In this document: in pieces, positions 45,611 through 59,882 of the stretch
Numbering within the stretch: position 1 is the first letter of the stretch
Layout: the number at the start of each line of letters is the position of its first letter
Program-made: the position numbers and the translations under genes
Origin: Syntrophaceae bacterium UBA4054
GTDB taxonomy: Bacteria > Desulfobacterota > Syntrophia > Syntrophales > UBA4778
Direction: 5' to 3'
Assembly: GCA_002383495.1 (NCBI GenBank)
Contig: DFZO01000001.1
Span: 4,374-68,373 of the forward strand
Length of the DNA: 64,000 nucleotides
The notes under the pieces: generated by a model
The model's database searches: none
Seen by the model: only the letters and a program-made list of their open reading frames with translations
What the model was told of the DNA's origin: nothing

Positions 45611-45922
45611 TTACAGCTTGATCTCCACATCAACACCGGCCGACAGATCCAGTTTCATCAGCGCATCGACCGTGGATTGAGTGGGTTCAATAATATCAAT
45701 CAACCGCTTGTGCGTCCGGATCTCAAATTGTTCTCTCGATTTCTTGTCCACATGAGGCGACCGGTTGACGCAATACCGGTTGATCTCCGTGGGAAGCGGG
45801 ATCGGGCCGGCGACTCGCGCACCGGTTCGCTTTGCCGTATCGACGATGTCCTCGGCGGAACGATCGAGCAGTTTGTAGTCGTAAGCCTTCAGCCTGATTC
45901 TGATCTTCTGATTTTCCATCAC
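45611..45922 (-). CDS. rpsJ: 30S ribosomal protein S10
   Basis: 103 aa with [11 protein letters not shown]. Confidence 0.98.
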   Translation of the reverse strand: MMENQKIRIRLKAYDYKLLDRSAEDIVDTAKRTGARVAGPIPLPTEINRYCVNRSPHVDKKSREQFEIRTHKRLIDIIEPTQSTVDALMKLDLSAGVDVEIKL

Positions 45923-45942
45923 TTTTCAACCAAATCCTTCAG

Positions 45943-47142
45943 TTATTCGATGATCTTGCTGACCACACCGGCCCCGACGGTCTTGCCGCCTTCGCGGATG
46001 GCGAAACGGAGCTGATCCTCCATGGCGATAGGGGTAATCAGTTCGACATCAAGTTCCACGTTATCGCCGGGCATGACCATCTCCACGCCTTCAGGCAGGG
46101 TCGAAACGCCCGTCACGTCGGTGGTCCGGAAATAGAACTGGGGACGGTATCCGCTGAAGAAGGGGGTGTGCCTGCCGCCCTCCTCTTTTGTGAGGACGTA
46201 AACCTGGGCCTTGAACTTCGTGTGAGGGGTAATGGAACCCGGTTTCGCCACGACCTGGCCTCTTTCCACTTCTTCACGTTTCGTGCCTCTCAGAAGAACT
46301 CCAATGTCATCACCGGCCCGGCCTTCATCCAAGGTCTTGCGGAACATTTCAACACCCGTGCAGACCGTCTTGAAGGTTGGTCTGATTCCAACGATTTCCA
46401 CTTCCTCGCCTGTTCTGACGATTCCTCGATCCACCCTGCCTGTGACCACGGTGCCACGGCCGGAGATGGAGAACACGTCGCCGATGGGCATCAGGAAGGG
46501 TTTATCCAGATCCCGAGTCGGTTCCGGAATGTAGCTGTCAACAGCCTCCATCAATTCCCAGATGCACTTCGCATCCTCTGAGGCCGAATCATCGGACTCC
46601 AGCGCCTTCAGAGCCGATCCCCTTATGATGGGAATATCATCACCCGGGAAGTTATAGGTCGTCAGAAGCTCCCTGAGTTCCAACTCAACGAGGTCCAGAA
46701 GTTCCGGATCATCCACGAGATCCACCTTGTTTAAGAAGACGACAACGTAGGGAACCTGAACCTGCCTGGCAAGGAGGATGTGCTCTCTCGTCTGGGGCAT
46801 GGGGCCATCGGAGGCGGCCACGACCAGTATCGCTCCGTCCATGTGGGCGGCCCCGGAGATCATGTTTTTGATATAGTCGGAATGCCCAGGGCAATCAACA
46901 TGGGCGTAATGCCGCTTGGTTGTTTCGTACTCCACGTGGGCGATGTTGATCGTAACGCCTCTCTCTTTTTCCTCAGGGGCATTATCAATCTGATCAAAGG
47001 CCATGAAGTTCGCCAACCCTTTCTTGGCCAGATGCTTCGTGATCGCAGAGGTCAGCGTCGTCTTGCCGTGATCCACGTGTCCGATCGTCCCGATGTTGAC
47101 GTGTGGCTTCGTCCTTTCAAATTTTTTCTTAGCCATCTCCAT
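45943..47142 (-). CDS. tuf: elongation factor Tu
   Basis: 399 aa with [15 protein letters not shown] and NKVD. The likely start MAKKKF is at 47136. Confidence 0.98.
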   Translation of the reverse strand: MEMAKKKFERTKPHVNIGTIGHVDHGKTTLTSAITKHLAKKGLANFMAFDQIDNAPEEKERGVTINIAHVEYETTKRHYAHVDCPGHSDYIKNMISGAAHMDGAILVVAASDGPMPQTREHILLARQVQVPYVVVFLNKVDLVDDPELLDLVELELRELLTTYNFPGDDIPIIRGSALKALESDDSASEDAKCIWELMEAVDSYIPEPTRDLDKPFLMPIGDVFSISGRGTVVTGRVDRGIVRTGEEVEIVGIRPTFKTVCTGVEMFRKTLDEGRAGDDIGVLLRGTKREEVERGQVVAKPGSITPHTKFKAQVYVLTKEEGGRHTPFFSGYRPQFYFRTTDVTGVSTLPEGVEMVMPGDNVELDVELITPIAMEDQLRFAIREGGKTVGAGVVSKIIE

Positions 47143-47182
47143 TACCTCCTTCAGTTAAACATGGTTGATCTTTTATTATCCG

Positions 47183-49270
47183 TTATTTCATACCCTTTCG
47201 ACTCTTATTTTCAACAACATCCTTCGCCAGATCCTCCGACACGGCATTGTAATTCAGAAACTGCATCGTGTAGGCCGCTCTGCCCTGGGTTCTCGACCGG
47301 AGGTCCGTTGCATAACCGAACATTTCAGCCAGCGGCACCTCGGCGATGATGGCTTCCGAGCCGGGCCTTGATTCGATGCTCACGATCTTGCCCCGCCTGG
47401 AGCTGAGGGTGCTTATCACGTCCCCCATGTATTCCTTTGGAACAAGAACCTCCACGGACATGATGGGTTCCAGGAGAACCGGGTGGGCTCGCCGGGCACC
47501 GTTTTTAAAGCCCATGGATCCCGCTACCTTGAAGGCCAGTTCCGAGGAATCGACATCATGATAGGAACCGTCCACCAAGCTGACCACGACGTCTACAACG
47601 GGAAATCCCGCAAGCACGCCTTCTTCCAGGGCTTCCCGAACTCCCTTTTCCACGGCCGGTATGAATTCCCTGGGCACGACGCCGCCGACGATCTTGTTTC
47701 GGAACTCAAAACCCCGTCCCTGTTCGTTCGGCACGATTTCCAGCCATACGTGGCCGTACTGCCCGTGGCCACCGGACTGCTTGACGTACTTACCCTCCGA
47801 ACGGACACTCTTGCGGACGGTCTCTTTATAAGCCACCTGTGGCGTTCCGATATTGGCCCCCAGACCGAATTCCCTGGAAAGCCGGTCCACGATGATCTCA
47901 AGGTGAAGCTCCCCCATTCCTGAGATGATCTTCTGCCCTGTCTCCCGGTCGACCCTGACTTTGAAGGAGGGATCCTCTTTCGCGATCTTTCCAAGGGCCA
48001 CGTCTAGTTTTTCTTCATCCGCCTTCGTCTTGGGCTCTATGGCTATGGCGATGACGGGCTCCGGAAAATCAAGTGTCTCCAGCTTGAGGGTGTGATCCTT
48101 ATCGCAGAGCGTATCCCCCGTCGTTGTTGCATTCAATCCAACGGCAGCTGCGATATCACCGGTCCGCACCTCATCGATATCCTCTCGCTTGTCGGCATGC
48201 ATCTTGAGCAACCGGCCGATCCGCTCCCTCTTGTCTTTCGAGGCGTTGTAAATATACGAACCTGCCTTCAAAACCCCTGAATAGACCCTGAAATAGGTCA
48301 GCTGCCCGACAAAGGGATCGTTCATGATCTTGAACGCCAGGGCGGAAAAGGGTTCTTCATCGCTCGGGGATCTCTCCTCCGTCTCGCGCACCGGGCCTTT
48401 TCCCGTCACGGGCGGCATGTCCGAGGGGGCGGGCAGGAAATCGATGACCGCGTCCAGGAGCGGCTGAATCCCCTTATTCTTGAAAGCGGAACCGCAGAGC
48501 ACCGGGGTGATCCGCAAAGCCAGCGTCGCCTTTCGGATCACTCTCGCGATTTCTTCTTCTGAAAGAGCCTCTTCGTTCAAATATTTTTTCATCAGTTCCT
48601 CGTCGTAATCGGCGAGGGTTTCGACGAGTTTTTCTCTTGCCTCCAGAGCGGCCGCCATGAACTCCGGCGGAATATCACCCACCGCATAATCGGCGCCCAG
48701 GGATTCCTTGTCGAAGGTGATGGCCTTCATGCGCACAAGATCAATGGCCCCCCTGAAATTCTCTTCTTTCCCTATGGGGATCTGAACAGGGACAGGGTTC
48801 GCACCCAATCGCTCCCTGATTCCCGAAAGAACCCTCCCGAAGTCCGATCCGACCCGGTCCATCTTGTTGACAAAGGCGATTCTTGGAACCCGGTATCGAT
48901 CGGCCTGACGCCAGACTGTTTCCGACTGGGGCTCCACGCCTCCCACGGCGCAGAAGAGGGCGACGGCGCCATCCAGAATTCTCAGGGACCTTTCCACCTC
49001 GATGGTGAAATCCACATGACCCGGCGTGTCAATGATATTGATTCGATGATTTTGCCAGGTGCATGTCGTAGCAGCGGAGGTGATGGTGATCCCTCTTTCC
49101 TGTTCCTGCTCCATCCAGTCCATGACAGCCGTTCCGTCATGAACTTCTCCCATGCGATAGGAAACCTTGGTGTAAAAGAGGATTCTTTCCGTCGTTGTCG
49201 TCTTGCCGGCATCGATGTGGGCCATGATGCCGATATTGCGAATATTATGTAAAGGAACAGTTCTTGCCAA
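47183..49270 (-). CDS. fusA: elongation factor G
   Basis: 695 aa with [12 protein letters not shown] and DTPGHVDF. Confidence 0.98.
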   Translation of the reverse strand: MARTVPLHNIRNIGIMAHIDAGKTTTTERILFYTKVSYRMGEVHDGTAVMDWMEQEQERGITITSAATTCTWQNHRINIIDTPGHVDFTIEVERSLRILDGAVALFCAVGGVEPQSETVWRQADRYRVPRIAFVNKMDRVGSDFGRVLSGIRERLGANPVPVQIPIGKEENFRGAIDLVRMKAITFDKESLGADYAVGDIPPEFMAAALEAREKLVETLADYDEELMKKYLNEEALSEEEIARVIRKATLALRITPVLCGSAFKNKGIQPLLDAVIDFLPAPSDMPPVTGKGPVRETEERSPSDEEPFSALAFKIMNDPFVGQLTYFRVYSGVLKAGSYIYNASKDKRERIGRLLKMHADKREDIDEVRTGDIAAAVGLNATTTGDTLCDKDHTLKLETLDFPEPVIAIAIEPKTKADEEKLDVALGKIAKEDPSFKVRVDRETGQKIISGMGELHLEIIVDRLSREFGLGANIGTPQVAYKETVRKSVRSEGKYVKQSGGHGQYGHVWLEIVPNEQGRGFEFRNKIVGGVVPREFIPAVEKGVREALEEGVLAGFPVVDVVVSLVDGSYHDVDSSELAFKVAGSMGFKNGARRAHPVLLEPIMSVEVLVPKEYMGDVISTLSSRRGKIVSIESRPGSEAIIAEVPLAEMFGYATDLRSRTQGRAAYTMQFLNYNAVSEDLAKDVVENKSRKGMK

Positions 49271-49305
49271 TTGGATTCACCAGAGGCCTTCCGAAGAAGA
49301 CCGGA

Positions 49306-49776
49306 CTAAAACCGGTAATGAGCAAAGGCCCTGTTTGCCTCAGCCATCTTGTGGACATCCTCTTTCTTCTTCACGGAAGCCCCTCTATTGTTATACGCTT
49401 CGATCAGCTCGGCAGCCAGCTTCTCTTTCATCGTTTTTTCGGTTCGCTTCCTCGCGTGGCCGATGATCCACTTGATCCCCAGAGCGACCCTCCGTTCCGG
49501 CATGATCTCCGTGGGAACCTGATAGGTCGAGCCCCCGACCCTGCGCGATTTCACTTCAATGACCGGCTTCACGTTATCGACAGCCTTTTCAAACACGCTG
49601 ACCGGCACTTCCTTCGTTTTCTTTTCTATGATATCAAAGGCCCCATAAAGAATGGATTCCGCCGTGCATTTCTTTCCCCTCGTGAAGAGATTGTTGATAA
49701 ATCTCGCCACCAGGCGGTTGTTGTATTTCTGATCCGGGTGCAATTCTCTTCTTTCTATGACTCTTCTTCTCGGCAT
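49306..49776 (-). CDS. rpsG: 30S ribosomal protein S7
   Basis: 156 aa starting [11 protein letters not shown]. Confidence 0.98.
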   Translation of the reverse strand: MPRRRVIERRELHPDQKYNNRLVARFINNLFTRGKKCTAESILYGAFDIIEKKTKEVPVSVFEKAVDNVKPVIEVKSRRVGGSTYQVPTEIMPERRVALGIKWIIGHARKRTEKTMKEKLAAELIEAYNNRGASVKKKEDVHKMAEANRAFAHYRF

Positions 49777-49791
49777 CTATCTTATCCCCGC

Positions 49792-50163
49792 TTAGCTCGT
49801 CCTCTTGGACCCGTACTTTGACCGTCCCTGTTTCCTGTCCTGAACCCCGAGGGTATCCAGTGTTCCCCGCACGATATGATACCGGACACCGGGAAGGTCC
49901 TTCACCCTGCCGCCCCTCACAAGGACAACGGAATGTTCTTGAAGGTTATGGCCGATTCCCGGAATATAGGCCGTCACTTCATAGCCGCTTGTCAGGCGCA
50001 CCCTCGCCACTTTTCTCAACGCGGAATTGGGTTTCTTCGGGGTCGTCGTATACACGCGCACGCAGACGCCCCGTCTCTGGGGTGATCCGGAAAGCGCCGG
50101 CGTTGTGGACTTCCTCTGAATCTTTGATCTTCCCTTGCGGATCAACTGATTGATTGTGGGCAT
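49792..50163 (-). CDS. rpsL: 30S ribosomal protein S12
   Basis: The conserved start [12 protein letters not shown] is at 50163; the track ORF extends to 50217. Confidence 0.97.
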   Translation of the reverse strand: MPTINQLIRKGRSKIQRKSTTPALSGSPQRRGVCVRVYTTTPKKPNSALRKVARVRLTSGYEVTAYIPGIGHNLQEHSVVLVRGGRVKDLPGVRYHIVRGTLDTLGVQDRKQGRSKYGSKRTS

Positions 50164-50226
50164 TACTCCTCCGGAACCTGATTTTAAACCGCCCTTTTTC
50201 AGGGGTACGAAAAGCAAGATTGACTA

Positions 50227-53200
50227 TCAGTTCGCAGCTTCTATGTCAAGACTTTTCTCACCTGCTTTCTCTTCTATCTGAGCTTCTCCCGTCATTTTGC
50301 GTTCATCATCGTCCACGATGATACCCACCTTTTTGTACATGGGGAGCCCTGTGCCCGCCGGTATGAGACGTCCCATAATCACGTTTTCCTTGAGACCCCT
50401 CAAGTGATCGACTTTCCCTGAGAGGCTCGCCTCTGTCAGAACCCTCGTTGTCTCCTGGAAGGAGGCAGCCGAGATGAAGCTCTGGGTGCTCAGGGAGGCC
50501 TTGGTGATGCCCAGCAGTATGGGTTCCCCGACAGCGGGTTTCCCGCCGCGGTCTATGACCCTGTCGTTTTCTTCCTGAAAGATGGTGCGCTCCACCTGCT
50601 CATCTGCAAGGAAGGTGGTATCGCCGGAGTCGATCACCTTGATTCTCCGCAGCATCTGCCTGACGATGATTTCGATATGCTTATCGTTTATTTTAACGCC
50701 CTGGAGCCTGTAAACCTCCTGAACCTCATCAACGAGATACTTGGAAAGCTCCTTCTCCCCCTTGATCGTCAGGATATCGTGGGGATTGCTCGCCCCATCC
50801 ATGAGAGGCTGACCGGCGATAACCCTGTCGCCTTCCTGAACACTCACGTGCTTCCCCTTGGGAATGAGATACTCCTTCTCCTCGCCCACTTCGGGCGTGA
50901 CGACGATCTTCCTCTTGCCCTTCACATCCTTGCCGTAGGCAACAATCCCGTCGATCTCGGCGATAACGGCATACTCCTTGGGTTTTCTCGCTTCAAAGAG
51001 CTCCGCCACCCGGGGAAGTCCTCCCGTGATGTCCTTCGTCTTGGTTGTTTCCCGGGGAATCTTCGCAATGATGTCCCCCGCGCTGACCCGATCCCCTTCG
51101 GACACCACGATATTGGTCCCCACCGAAAGGAGATATCTTGCCATGGCGTTCGTGCCGGGGACGCGGGATGTCCTCCCTTCCTTGTCCTTGATGGAAACCC
51201 GGGGGCGGAGATCGGTGTCCGTGGATTCCACGACCACTTTTCGTGAAAGACCCGTGACCTCGTCAACCTGTTCCTGCATCGTTCTGCCTTCGATGACGTC
51301 CCCGAATTTGATGGTTCCGTCCACCTCCGAAAGGATGGGGGTAGAGAAGGGATCCCATTCCGCGATGCGTTCGCCCTTCTTTATCTTCTGTTTTTCCACC
51401 ACTCTCAGGTGCGCCCCGTATGTCACAGGGTATTTGCCCCGGGGTCGTCCCTCTTCGTCAAGAACATGAACCTCTCCGCTTCGGTTCATGACCACGAGAG
51501 TTCTGTCCCGGCCCTTGACAAAATTGAGATTCACCAAGCGAACGGTGCCGTCATGTCTGGATTCCAGGGTGGAGTGTTCTTCAAACTTCGCCGTTCCGCC
51601 GATATGGAACGTCCGCATGGTCAGCTGGGTTCCCGGCTCACCAATGGACTGGGCGGCGATGATCCCCACCGCCTCGCCGATATTGACCAGATGGCCGTGA
51701 GCCAGGTCCCTGCCGTAACATTTGGCGCAAATGCCGTTTCTGGACCGGCAGGAAAGGACGGACCGGATTTTTATCTTTTCGATACCGGCCCGGTCGATTC
51801 TTTCAACAAGCGTTTCGTCGATCTCATGGTTTGCCCGGACCAGAACTTCCCCGGTGAAGGGATCCTTTATGTCTTCCAGGGTCACCCGTCCCAGGACACG
51901 TTCTCCGGCCGTCTCGATGATCTCGCCTCCCTCCATGAGGGCTGACACCTCAATGCCGTCGAGGGTCCCGCAGTCGTCTTCCGTGATAATGCAATCCTGG
52001 GCCACGTCCACAAGCCGTCTCGTGAGGTAACCGGAGTTGGCCGTCTTCAAGGCTGTATCGGCAAGACCCTTGCGTGCACCGTGGGTCGAGATGAAGTACT
52101 GAAGAACCGTCAGCCCCTCCCGGAAATTCGCCGTGATCGGGGTTTCGATGATCTCGCCCGACGGTTTGGCCATGAGGCCTCTCATGCCTGCGAGCTGCCG
52201 GATCTGCGCAGCGCTTCCCCTGGCACCCGAATCGGCCATCATGTAAATGGGATTGAAACTTTCGGTTCGCCTCTTTTCACCGGTTTCACCCGTCACTTCC
52301 TCTGTCCCGATGTCCTTGAGCATTTCGTTGGCCACCTTCTCCGTAGCCTGCGCCCAGATATCAATGACTTTGTTGTAACGTTCGCCGTCGGTGATGAGTC
52401 CGTCCATATACTGTTTCTGAATTTCAAGAACGTCCTTGTCTGCCTGCGTGACGATCTCCCTCTTTGTTTCCGGGATGACCATGTCGTTAATGGAGATGGA
52501 AAGCCCGGATTTCGTAGCAAATTTGAATCCAAGATCTTTCAGCCGATCCGAGAGGAGGACAGTGGTCTTATCGCCGCAGGAGCGGTAGCAGTAGTCGATG
52601 AGACCCGCCAGTTCCTTCTTGTTCATGACCCTGTTGATGATATCGAAGGGAATCTCCTCAGGGATGATTTCGTAGAGGAGGATGCGTCCGACGGTGGTCT
52701 CCTTGAGCTGACCATCCATGCGGACATGGATCTTCGAATGGAGGTCCACAACCTCGGCATCATAAGCCCGCCGGACTTCGCCGGGGTCTGAAAACTTCAT
52801 GCCTTCCCCCCTGGCAAAGGGCCTTGATCTCGTCATGTAGTAGATGCCGAGAACGATATCCTGGCTGGGGACGATAATGGGTTTCCCGTGGGCCGGTGAG
52901 AGGATATTATTCGTGGACATCATCAGGACCCGGGCCTCAATCTGGGCTTCGATGGAAAGGGGAATATGAACCGCCATCTGATCGCCGTCAAAGTCGGCGT
53001 TGAAGGCCGTGCAGACCAGCGGGTGAAGCTGGATGGCCTTTCCTTCCACGAGAACAGGCTCAAAGGCCTGGATGCCCAGTCTGTGAAGCGTGGGCGCGCG
53101 GTTGAGCATGACAGGGTATTCGCGGACCACCTCATCCAGGGCGTCCCAGACCGCCGGGTCTTCCCGCTCCACCATTTTTTTCGCGCTCTTCACGGTCGTC

Positions 53201-54375
53201 ACAAACCCTTTTTCTTCCAACCGGTTATAGATGAAGGGCTTGAAAAGCTCCAGGGCCATCTTCTTCGGGAGACCGCACTGGTGAAGCCTGAGGTCGGGAC
53301 CTACGGTGATGACGGAGCGTCCTGAATAATCCACCCGTTTTCCCAGGAGGTTCTGCCTGAACCGGCCCTGTTTCCCCTTGAGCATGTCCGAAAGGGAACG
53401 GAGCGGTCTCTTGTTTGAACCGGTGATCGCCTTTCCCCTTCTCCCATTGTCGAAGAGGACATCCACCGCTTCCTGGAGCATTCTCTTTTCATTCCGGATG
53501 ATGATCTCCGGCGCGTTGAGCTCCTGTAGCCGCTTCAGCCGGTTGTTGCGGTTAATCACCCGCCTGTAGAGATCATTGAGGTCCGATGTGGCGAAACGTC
53601 CGCCATCGAGCGGGACCAGGGGCCTCAGGTCCGGCGGGATCACCGGCAGAACCGTGAGGATCATCCACTCCGGACGGTTTCCCGATTTTTTCAGGGCCTC
53701 CAGAACCTTGAGCCTCTTGGCCAATTTTTTCTTTTTCGTATCGGAGGAGGTCTCTTTCAGATCCGCCCTGAGTTCAGCGACAAGCTTGTCGAGATCCACC
53801 TCTTCCATGAGCGTTCTCACCGCCTCGGCCCCGATTCCCGCTTCAAAGGCATCGGCTCCGTAAAGTTCCCTCAACTCCGCATATCGCTCCTCAGAGAGGA
53901 GTTCCATTTTTTTAAGCGGCGTGTTTTTGGGGTCCAGGACAATCCAGTGCTCGAAGTAAAGCACTTTCTCCAATTCCTTCAGGGTGAGATCAAGAATGCT
54001 TCCGATCCGGCTGGGAAGACTTTTCAGGAACCAGATATGGGCGACCGGCGCCGCCAGAGAGATATGCCCCATCCTCTCCCGCCGGACCTTCGACTGGATC
54101 ACTTCCACGCCGCATTTTTCACAGATCACGCCCCGGTGCTTCATTCGCTTGTATCGTCCGCAGAGGCACTCGTAATCCTTGACGGGACCGAAGATCTTGG
54201 CGCAGAAAAGACCGTCCCTTTCCGGCTTGAAGGTTCTGTAATTGATCGTTTCCGGCTTCTTCACCTCCCCGTGAGACCAGGAGAGGATCTTCTCGGGATT
54301 GGCCAGCGATATTTTGATCGCGTTAAACCGGATAGGATCCTTTGGTTTTTCAAAAAAACTGAAGATGTCTTCCAC
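50227..54375 (-). CDS. rpoC: DNA-directed RNA polymerase subunit beta'
   Basis: 1382 aa with [12 protein letters not shown] and the zinc motif [20 protein letters not shown]. Confidence 0.98.
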   Translation of the reverse strand: MEDIFSFFEKPKDPIRFNAIKISLANPEKILSWSHGEVKKPETINYRTFKPERDGLFCAKIFGPVKDYECLCGRYKRMKHRGVICEKCGVEVIQSKVRRERMGHISLAAPVAHIWFLKSLPSRIGSILDLTLKELEKVLYFEHWIVLDPKNTPLKKMELLSEERYAELRELYGADAFEAGIGAEAVRTLMEEVDLDKLVAELRADLKETSSDTKKKKLAKRLKVLEALKKSGNRPEWMILTVLPVIPPDLRPLVPLDGGRFATSDLNDLYRRVINRNNRLKRLQELNAPEIIIRNEKRMLQEAVDVLFDNGRRGKAITGSNKRPLRSLSDMLKGKQGRFRQNLLGKRVDYSGRSVITVGPDLRLHQCGLPKKMALELFKPFIYNRLEEKGFVTTVKSAKKMVEREDPAVWDALDEVVREYPVMLNRAPTLHRLGIQAFEPVLVEGKAIQLHPLVCTAFNADFDGDQMAVHIPLSIEAQIEARVLMMSTNNILSPAHGKPIIVPSQDIVLGIYYMTRSRPFARGEGMKFSDPGEVRRAYDAEVVDLHSKIHVRMDGQLKETTVGRILLYEIIPEEIPFDIINRVMNKKELAGLIDYCYRSCGDKTTVLLSDRLKDLGFKFATKSGLSISINDMVIPETKREIVTQADKDVLEIQKQYMDGLITDGERYNKVIDIWAQATEKVANEMLKDIGTEEVTGETGEKRRTESFNPIYMMADSGARGSAAQIRQLAGMRGLMAKPSGEIIETPITANFREGLTVLQYFISTHGARKGLADTALKTANSGYLTRRLVDVAQDCIITEDDCGTLDGIEVSALMEGGEIIETAGERVLGRVTLEDIKDPFTGEVLVRANHEIDETLVERIDRAGIEKIKIRSVLSCRSRNGICAKCYGRDLAHGHLVNIGEAVGIIAAQSIGEPGTQLTMRTFHIGGTAKFEEHSTLESRHDGTVRLVNLNFVKGRDRTLVVMNRSGEVHVLDEEGRPRGKYPVTYGAHLRVVEKQKIKKGERIAEWDPFSTPILSEVDGTIKFGDVIEGRTMQEQVDEVTGLSRKVVVESTDTDLRPRVSIKDKEGRTSRVPGTNAMARYLLSVGTNIVVSEGDRVSAGDIIAKIPRETTKTKDITGGLPRVAELFEARKPKEYAVIAEIDGIVAYGKDVKGKRKIVVTPEVGEEKEYLIPKGKHVSVQEGDRVIAGQPLMDGASNPHDILTIKGEKELSKYLVDEVQEVYRLQGVKINDKHIEIIVRQMLRRIKVIDSGDTTFLADEQVERTIFQEENDRVIDRGGKPAVGEPILLGITKASLSTQSFISAASFQETTRVLTEASLSGKVDHLRGLKENVIMGRLIPAGTGLPMYKKVGIIVDDDERKMTGEAQIEEKAGEKSLDIEAAN

Positions 54376-54441
54376 TCTTTATCTCCTATGTTTTAGCAGT
54401 TTGATGTGATCGTGGACCACTCACCGCGTAACACTGCTTTT

Positions 54442-57400
54442 TTACTCTTTCTCGACCAGTTCCACATCAAGACCCAGGCTTTGCAGTTCCTTCATGAGCA
54501 CATTGAACGATTCAGGGAGCCCGGGTTCCAGTGTGTGTTCTCCCTTCACAATGGCTTCGTAAATCCGGGTCCTTCCGACCACATCATCGGACTTGACGGT
54601 GAGGAATTCCTGAAGAGCGTAAGCGGCTCCATAGGCCTCCATGGCCCAGACCTCCATTTCTCCAAGCCTCTGGCCGCCGAATTGGGCCTTTCCGCCCAGC
54701 GGCTGCTGCGTCACGAGAGAATAAGGCCCGATGGACCGGGCATGAATCTTGTTGTCCACCAGATGATGAAGCTTCAGCATGTAGATCATCCCCACGGTGA
54801 TCTCCTGATCGAAAGGCTCTCCCGTCCTTCCATCGAAGAGGAGGACCTGGCCGGAAACGGGGAGACCCGCTTTTGACAGCATGTCGCTGATCTCGTTTTC
54901 CTTGGCTCCGTCAAAGACTGGCGTGGCCATGGGAATGCCCTGCCTGAGCCGGCCCATGAACCTCTGAATATCCTCGTCCGTGGCACCGTCGATGAAGCGG
55001 TCAAATTCCGGAGTGGAATAGAAACGCTTCAAGGTCGCCTTGACGACTTTGGGATCCCGGCTCTTCTCATAAAGAGCGCCGACCTTCTCTCCAAGCCCTT
55101 TGGCTGCCCAGCCCAGATGCGTCTCGAGAATCTGGCCCACGTTCATACGCGATGGAACACCCAGGGGATTGAGGATGATATCGACGGGGGTCCCGTCCTG
55201 GAAGAAAGGCATATCTTCCTCGGGAAGGATTCTCGAGAGCACCCCTTTGTTTCCGTGTCGACCGGCCATCTTGTCGCCGGCCGAGAGTTTTCTTTTGATC
55301 GCCACATAGACTTTGACAAGCTTGATGACCCCCGGCGGCAGTTCGTCTCCGGCCTTCAACCGGTCGATTTTCTCCATGAAAAAGGCTTCGATGAAATCGA
55401 TCTTCCGATCCAGATTTTCAAAGAGCGTCCTGACTTTCTCCTCCATGGCCTCATCATCCAGGAGGGAGATTTCCCGCCAGCGGCTGAAGGGGATGCTGCT
55501 TAGAACGTCCGCCGTTATCTCCTCTGTCTTTCTGAGGAGAAGCTTCTTTTTCTTCGGGTCGGAGATCTTGGTGGCTGAAATCTTTCCCTCGAGAAGATCT
55601 GCGATCTTTCCCTTCACGCTCTCTGAAATGATGCGGATCTCATCATCCCGGTCCTTCATGAGAAGCTGAGTTTCCTCCTCTTCAATGGTCTGCGACCGCC
55701 GATCCTTCTCGGCACCCTTGCGGGTGAAAATTTTCGTGTCGATGACAATCCCCTCCACTCCCGGAGGGATGCGCAGCGAGGTGTCACGGACATCTCCCGC
55801 TTTTTCGCCGAAGATGGCGCGAAGAAGTTTTTCCTCCGGTGAAAGCTGCGTCTCACCCTTTGGTGTTATCTTCCCTACCAGGATATCGCCGGGCTTCACG
55901 GCCACTCCCATTCGCACGATCCCGCTGTCATCAAGGTTTTTCAGAGCCTCTTCCCCCACGTTGGGGATGTCACGGGTGATCTCTTCCTTACCGAGTTTGG
56001 TATCGCGGGCCATGGTTTCAAATTCTTCGATGTGAACGGAGGTGTAGATGTCGTCCTTGACTACCCGCTCGCTGACCAGGATGGAGTCTTCATAATTGTA
56101 TCCGCCCCAGGACATGAAAGCGACCATCACGTTTCGCCCCAAGGCCAGTTCGCCCTGACTCGTGGCAGGTCCGTCAGCGATGACATCGCCTTTCATGACC
56201 CTGTCTCCCACAATGACAATGGGTTTATGATTGAAGCAGGTGTCCTGATTCGAGCGCTGGTATTTCGTCAGATTATAAATATCCACGCCGATATCAAATC
56301 CGTTGTCCGTCTCCGCCTCATCGCACTTGATCACGATCCTTGAGGCATCGACACTCTCAACCCTTCCCGCTCTCCTGGCCACGATGACCGCTCCGGAGTC
56401 GCGGGCAACGACCGCTTCCATGCCTGTCCCCACGAGCGGAACCTCCGGTCTCAGAAGCGGGACGGCCTGCCGCTGCATGTTTGAACCCATGAGAGCCCGG
56501 TTGGCGTCATCGTGTTCCAGAAATGGAATCAATCCCGCGGCGACACTGACCAGCTGATTCGGTGAGACGTCCATCAGTTGGACCTCTTTGGGATCAACGG
56601 TCTTGAACTCCCCGCCCTTTCTGGCATAAACGAATGGATCCACCAGCTTTCCCGATGAATCGAGTGTTGCATTGGCCTGAGCGATGATGTGTTTTTCCTC
56701 CTCGATCGCTGTCAGGTAACGAATCTCGCTGCGTACGCGGCCGTTTTCGACAACCCGGTAAGGCGTTTCAATAAAACCGTAGTCGTTGACCCGGGCATAG
56801 GCGCTGAGAGACACAATCAGACCGATATTGGGTCCTTCCGGGGTTTCCACCGGGCAGATACGGCCGTAATGGGTATTGTGAACATCCCGCACTTCAAATC
56901 CCGCCCGTTCGCGGGTCAATCCGCCGGGACCGAGGGCCGACAGCCTTCTCTTGTGGGTGATCTCCGAAAGCGGGTTCGTCTGATCCATGAACTGCGAAAG
57001 CTGGCTGGAACCGAAGAACTCATTCACCACGGCGGAGACGGGTTTGGCATTCACCAGATCGTGGGGCATCATGGTTTCGATGTCCTGGATGTTCATCTTC
57101 TCCTTGACGGCCCTCTCCATTCTCACCAGGCCGACGCGGTACTGGTTTTCGATGAGTTCGCCCACCGATCGGACCCTCCTGTTGCCCAGGTGATCGATAT
57201 CGTCCACGCTGCAGTCTCCCGCACCGTTTTTCAGGTTGATGAGGTACTTGACGGCGGCCAGGATGTCATCTTTCCTGAGAATCGTGAGATCCGTGGGAAC
57301 ATCGAGGTGGAGCTTGTAATTCATCTTGACCCTGCCCACATCGGAAAGGTCGTATGTCTCGGAATCGAAGAAGAGGCTTTTGAAAAACCGGCGCGCCGTC

Positions 57401-58536
57401 TCGGGCGTGGGAGGATTGCTGGGCCTCAACCTTCTGTAGATCTCGAGAATGGCGTCTTCTTCCGCCTGCACACTGTCCATCAACAGCGTATCCTTCAAGG
57501 AAGAATTCGAACCGTCCTCCTCCAGGCAGATGAAGTGCAGTTCCTTCACGCCCCTGCTCCGGAACAGCGCCGTCTTTTCCGCCGTCACCTCGTTGATGCA
57601 TTTGAGCAGGACTTCGCCCGTTTCAGGATCGATGACATCATCGGCCAAAACGCGACCCTGGATATAGCTTTCGTCCACGGTGATCCGGATCTTCTTTGCC
57701 TTTAAAAGCCTTTTAATGGTGGATTCGGTAATCTTTTTCCCCTTTTTGATGATCACCTCACCCGCTTCCGAATCCCGGATGTCCCTGGGGGCTCTCTTTC
57801 CAACCAGGGCATCGTTAACCTGGAAAATGATTTTTGGTCCTTCCAGGGAGACCTTCTCCACGTCGTAGAAATAATTGAGCAGGTTGGTGGTCGTATTCCC
57901 CATGGCCTTCAGAAGGATGGTAATGGGCATCTTCCTCCTTCTGTCGATCCGGCAGTAGATAATGTCTTTGGTATCGAACTCGAGATCGAGCCAGGAACCG
58001 CGGATGGGAATCACCCGGGCGGAGTAAAGGAGCCTTCCACCGGAATGGGTCTTGCCCTTGTCGTGGTCAAAAAAGATACCGGGAGAACGGTGGAGCTGGC
58101 TCACGATGACCCGTTCCGTTCCGTTGATGACAAAGGTCCCGCTTTCCGTCATCAGGGGAATTTCGCCAAAGTAGATTTCCTGCTCCTTGATGTCCCGGAT
58201 GGTCTTCTGCTCGTTGCCGCGTTCCGTGTCGAACACAACAAGCCGCACCACGATCTTCAGGGGCGTGGCATAGGTCATCCCCTTCTGAATGCATTCCTTG
58301 ACATCGTACTTCACGTCTCCGATCTTGTAACTCACAAACTCCAGAGAGCATTTTCCGCTGAAATCCCTGATCGGGAACACGCTCTTAAAGGCGCCCTGGA
58401 GACCGATATTGCCTCTCTTCTCTGGATCCACATCCATCTGCAGGAATTTATCATAGGATTTTCTCTGGATCTCGATGAGATTCGGAATGTCGATAATCTT
58501 CCTGATATGTCCGAAATTTTTTCTGAATTCGCCCAT
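54442..58536 (-). CDS. rpoB: DNA-directed RNA polymerase subunit beta
   Basis: ~1364 aa. The track ORF starts at TTG 58548. The ATG at 58536 (MGEFRKNFG) follows GAGGA by 5 nt. Confidence 0.98.
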   Translation of the reverse strand: MGEFRKNFGHIRKIIDIPNLIEIQRKSYDKFLQMDVDPEKRGNIGLQGAFKSVFPIRDFSGKCSLEFVSYKIGDVKYDVKECIQKGMTYATPLKIVVRLVVFDTERGNEQKTIRDIKEQEIYFGEIPLMTESGTFVINGTERVIVSQLHRSPGIFFDHDKGKTHSGGRLLYSARVIPIRGSWLDLEFDTKDIIYCRIDRRRKMPITILLKAMGNTTTNLLNYFYDVEKVSLEGPKIIFQVNDALVGKRAPRDIRDSEAGEVIIKKGKKITESTIKRLLKAKKIRITVDESYIQGRVLADDVIDPETGEVLLKCINEVTAEKTALFRSRGVKELHFICLEEDGSNSSLKDTLLMDSVQAEEDAILEIYRRLRPSNPPTPETARRFFKSLFFDSETYDLSDVGRVKMNYKLHLDVPTDLTILRKDDILAAVKYLINLKNGAGDCSVDDIDHLGNRRVRSVGELIENQYRVGLVRMERAVKEKMNIQDIETMMPHDLVNAKPVSAVVNEFFGSSQLSQFMDQTNPLSEITHKRRLSALGPGGLTRERAGFEVRDVHNTHYGRICPVETPEGPNIGLIVSLSAYARVNDYGFIETPYRVVENGRVRSEIRYLTAIEEEKHIIAQANATLDSSGKLVDPFVYARKGGEFKTVDPKEVQLMDVSPNQLVSVAAGLIPFLEHDDANRALMGSNMQRQAVPLLRPEVPLVGTGMEAVVARDSGAVIVARRAGRVESVDASRIVIKCDEAETDNGFDIGVDIYNLTKYQRSNQDTCFNHKPIVIVGDRVMKGDVIADGPATSQGELALGRNVMVAFMSWGGYNYEDSILVSERVVKDDIYTSVHIEEFETMARDTKLGKEEITRDIPNVGEEALKNLDDSGIVRMGVAVKPGDILVGKITPKGETQLSPEEKLLRAIFGEKAGDVRDTSLRIPPGVEGIVIDTKIFTRKGAEKDRRSQTIEEEETQLLMKDRDDEIRIISESVKGKIADLLEGKISATKISDPKKKKLLLRKTEEITADVLSSIPFSRWREISLLDDEAMEEKVRTLFENLDRKIDFIEAFFMEKIDRLKAGDELPPGVIKLVKVYVAIKRKLSAGDKMAGRHGNKGVLSRILPEEDMPFFQDGTPVDIILNPLGVPSRMNVGQILETHLGWAAKGLGEKVGALYEKSRDPKVVKATLKRFYSTPEFDRFIDGATDEDIQRFMGRLRQGIPMATPVFDGAKENEISDMLSKAGLPVSGQVLLFDGRTGEPFDQEITVGMIYMLKLHHLVDNKIHARSIGPYSLVTQQPLGGKAQFGGQRLGEMEVWAMEAYGAAYALQEFLTVKSDDVVGRTRIYEAIVKGEHTLEPGLPESFNVLMKELQSLGLDVELVEKE

Positions 58537-58747
58537 AGTCATCCTCAAATGAGTTACACGTTACCGGCTGTAAAGGTATCTCACGCTACTAAAAAAACTC
58601 TCCGTTAAAGAAGCGAAGTCAGAAGGCAGAATAAAGGGCACTCTTAGATTCTGGCTCCTGACTCCTTATTTTTTGATCCGCAAACTGGACGGCCCGGCCG
58701 GTCCGGCAGGACTCACCCTGCATCTCGCGTTCTCTCTATCTATCTAT

Positions 58748-59143
58748 TTATTTGATCTCGACCGTTCCGCCGACTTCCTCGAGTTTCTTCTTCATATCCT
58801 CGGCTTCGGCCTTCGAGACACCTTCTTTGACCGGCTTTGGTACGCCCTCCACCAGATCCTTGGCCTCTTTAAGCCCCAGTCCCGTCAGAGCACGGACAAC
58901 CTTGATCACCTGGATCTTCTGTTCACCAAACCCCGTCAGCACCAGGTCAAACTCTGTTTTTTCCTCTTCAGCGGCTGCCTGGGCCTGTCCGCCGGCGGTC
59001 GCTGCGGCCACTGCCACGGGGGCGGCGGCCGTCACGCCGAGTCTCTGTTCCAGTTCCTTGACGAGTTCCGAGAGCTCAATGACGGTCATGTTTTCAATAA
59101 AATGAATGACGTCCTCTTTCGTTATCTTTTCTGCCATTTTCAT
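58748..59143 (-). CDS. rplL: 50S ribosomal protein L7/L12
   Basis: 131 aa with an Ala-rich hinge and C-terminal [12 protein letters not shown]. Confidence 0.98.
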   Translation of the reverse strand: MKMAEKITKEDVIHFIENMTVIELSELVKELEQRLGVTAAAPVAVAAATAGGQAQAAAEEEKTEFDLVLTGFGEQKIQVIKVVRALTGLGLKEAKDLVEGVPKPVKEGVSKAEAEDMKKKLEEVGGTVEIK

Positions 59144-59169
59144 TCCCTTCCTGTATGTTTGATTTAGTT

Positions 59170-59688
59170 TTATGCTGCTTTCTTTGTACGATACGCTTCA
59201 AGCACCTGAACGAGGTTTCTCTGCACGCCGCTCAGCACGTTGACCAGGCCCGTCTGGGTTCCCAGCATGACGGAGAGAAGCCTGCTCAGAAGAACCTCCC
59301 GGCTCGGGAGATCGGCCAGGACACTGATCTGATCCTTGCTCAGAAGCCTGCCGCTCATGAGACCGGCCTTGATCTCAAGCTCGGCGTTCTTTTTCGCAAA
59401 CTCGACCAGAGATTTTGTCGATTCGACGGCGTCACCGTAACTCAGGATGACGGCGATAGGCCCTTTCAGATAATCGTCAAGAACGACAAAATCCGTGTCC
59501 TTCGAAGCGATTCTTAAAAGAGTATTCTTGATCACTCTCATCTCTGTTCCGGTTTTCCGCAGTTCATTTCTCAGCGCCGTGATCTTCGCCACGCTCATGC
59601 CGCTGTAATTCGCGAGAACGGCCAGCTTCACGCCCTTGAGTTTCTCATGGAGTTCCGCAACCACATTCTCTTTCGTCTTCCGATCCAA
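59170..59688 (-). CDS. rplJ: 50S ribosomal protein L10
   Basis: 172 aa, in the conserved position upstream of rplL. Confidence 0.96.
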   Translation of the reverse strand: MDRKTKENVVAELHEKLKGVKLAVLANYSGMSVAKITALRNELRKTGTEMRVIKNTLLRIASKDTDFVVLDDYLKGPIAVILSYGDAVESTKSLVEFAKKNAELEIKAGLMSGRLLSKDQISVLADLPSREVLLSRLLSVMLGTQTGLVNVLSGVQRNLVQVLEAYRTKKAA

Positions 59689-59882
59689 TATCTAACCCCC
59701 TTTCACTCTATATTTCCGGGATCCCTTCGATTTAGAAAATCCCTGAAAAGTCAGAGTGCCATACAGGAAAGCATATTCAAACGCTCATTCGCCGTCTCGG
59801 CAGGCCGATGTCGATCGTTTAAAAACCATACCTGCTGTCTCTGACTTTGACCCGGCCCTCTCAGGGCCGTCTATTATCTAAT
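59689..59882 (-). promoter_or_regulatory. 194-nt untranslated spacer upstream of rplJ (position of the L10 autoregulatory leader)
   Basis: Only the length and position are observed. I did not verify the structure. Confidence 0.3.

Noticed and set aside
44600-46015. 471-aa plus-strand ORF. Similar long plus-strand ORFs occur at 39467-40567, 41150-41725, 35468-36094, 37187-37882, 24305-25126 and 28485-29342.
   Set aside because: All lie antisense to highly conserved minus-strand genes (r-proteins, secY, argC, folC). Their translations are R/P/S/H-rich low-complexity strings without RBS support. They are shadow ORFs.
54406-58608. Many 60-340-aa plus-strand ORFs inside rpoB and rpoC (for example 56689-57705, 52081-52791, 50677-51246).
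   Set aside because: They are antisense to rpoB/rpoC, which are unambiguous. Their composition and lack of start context indicate non-coding frames.
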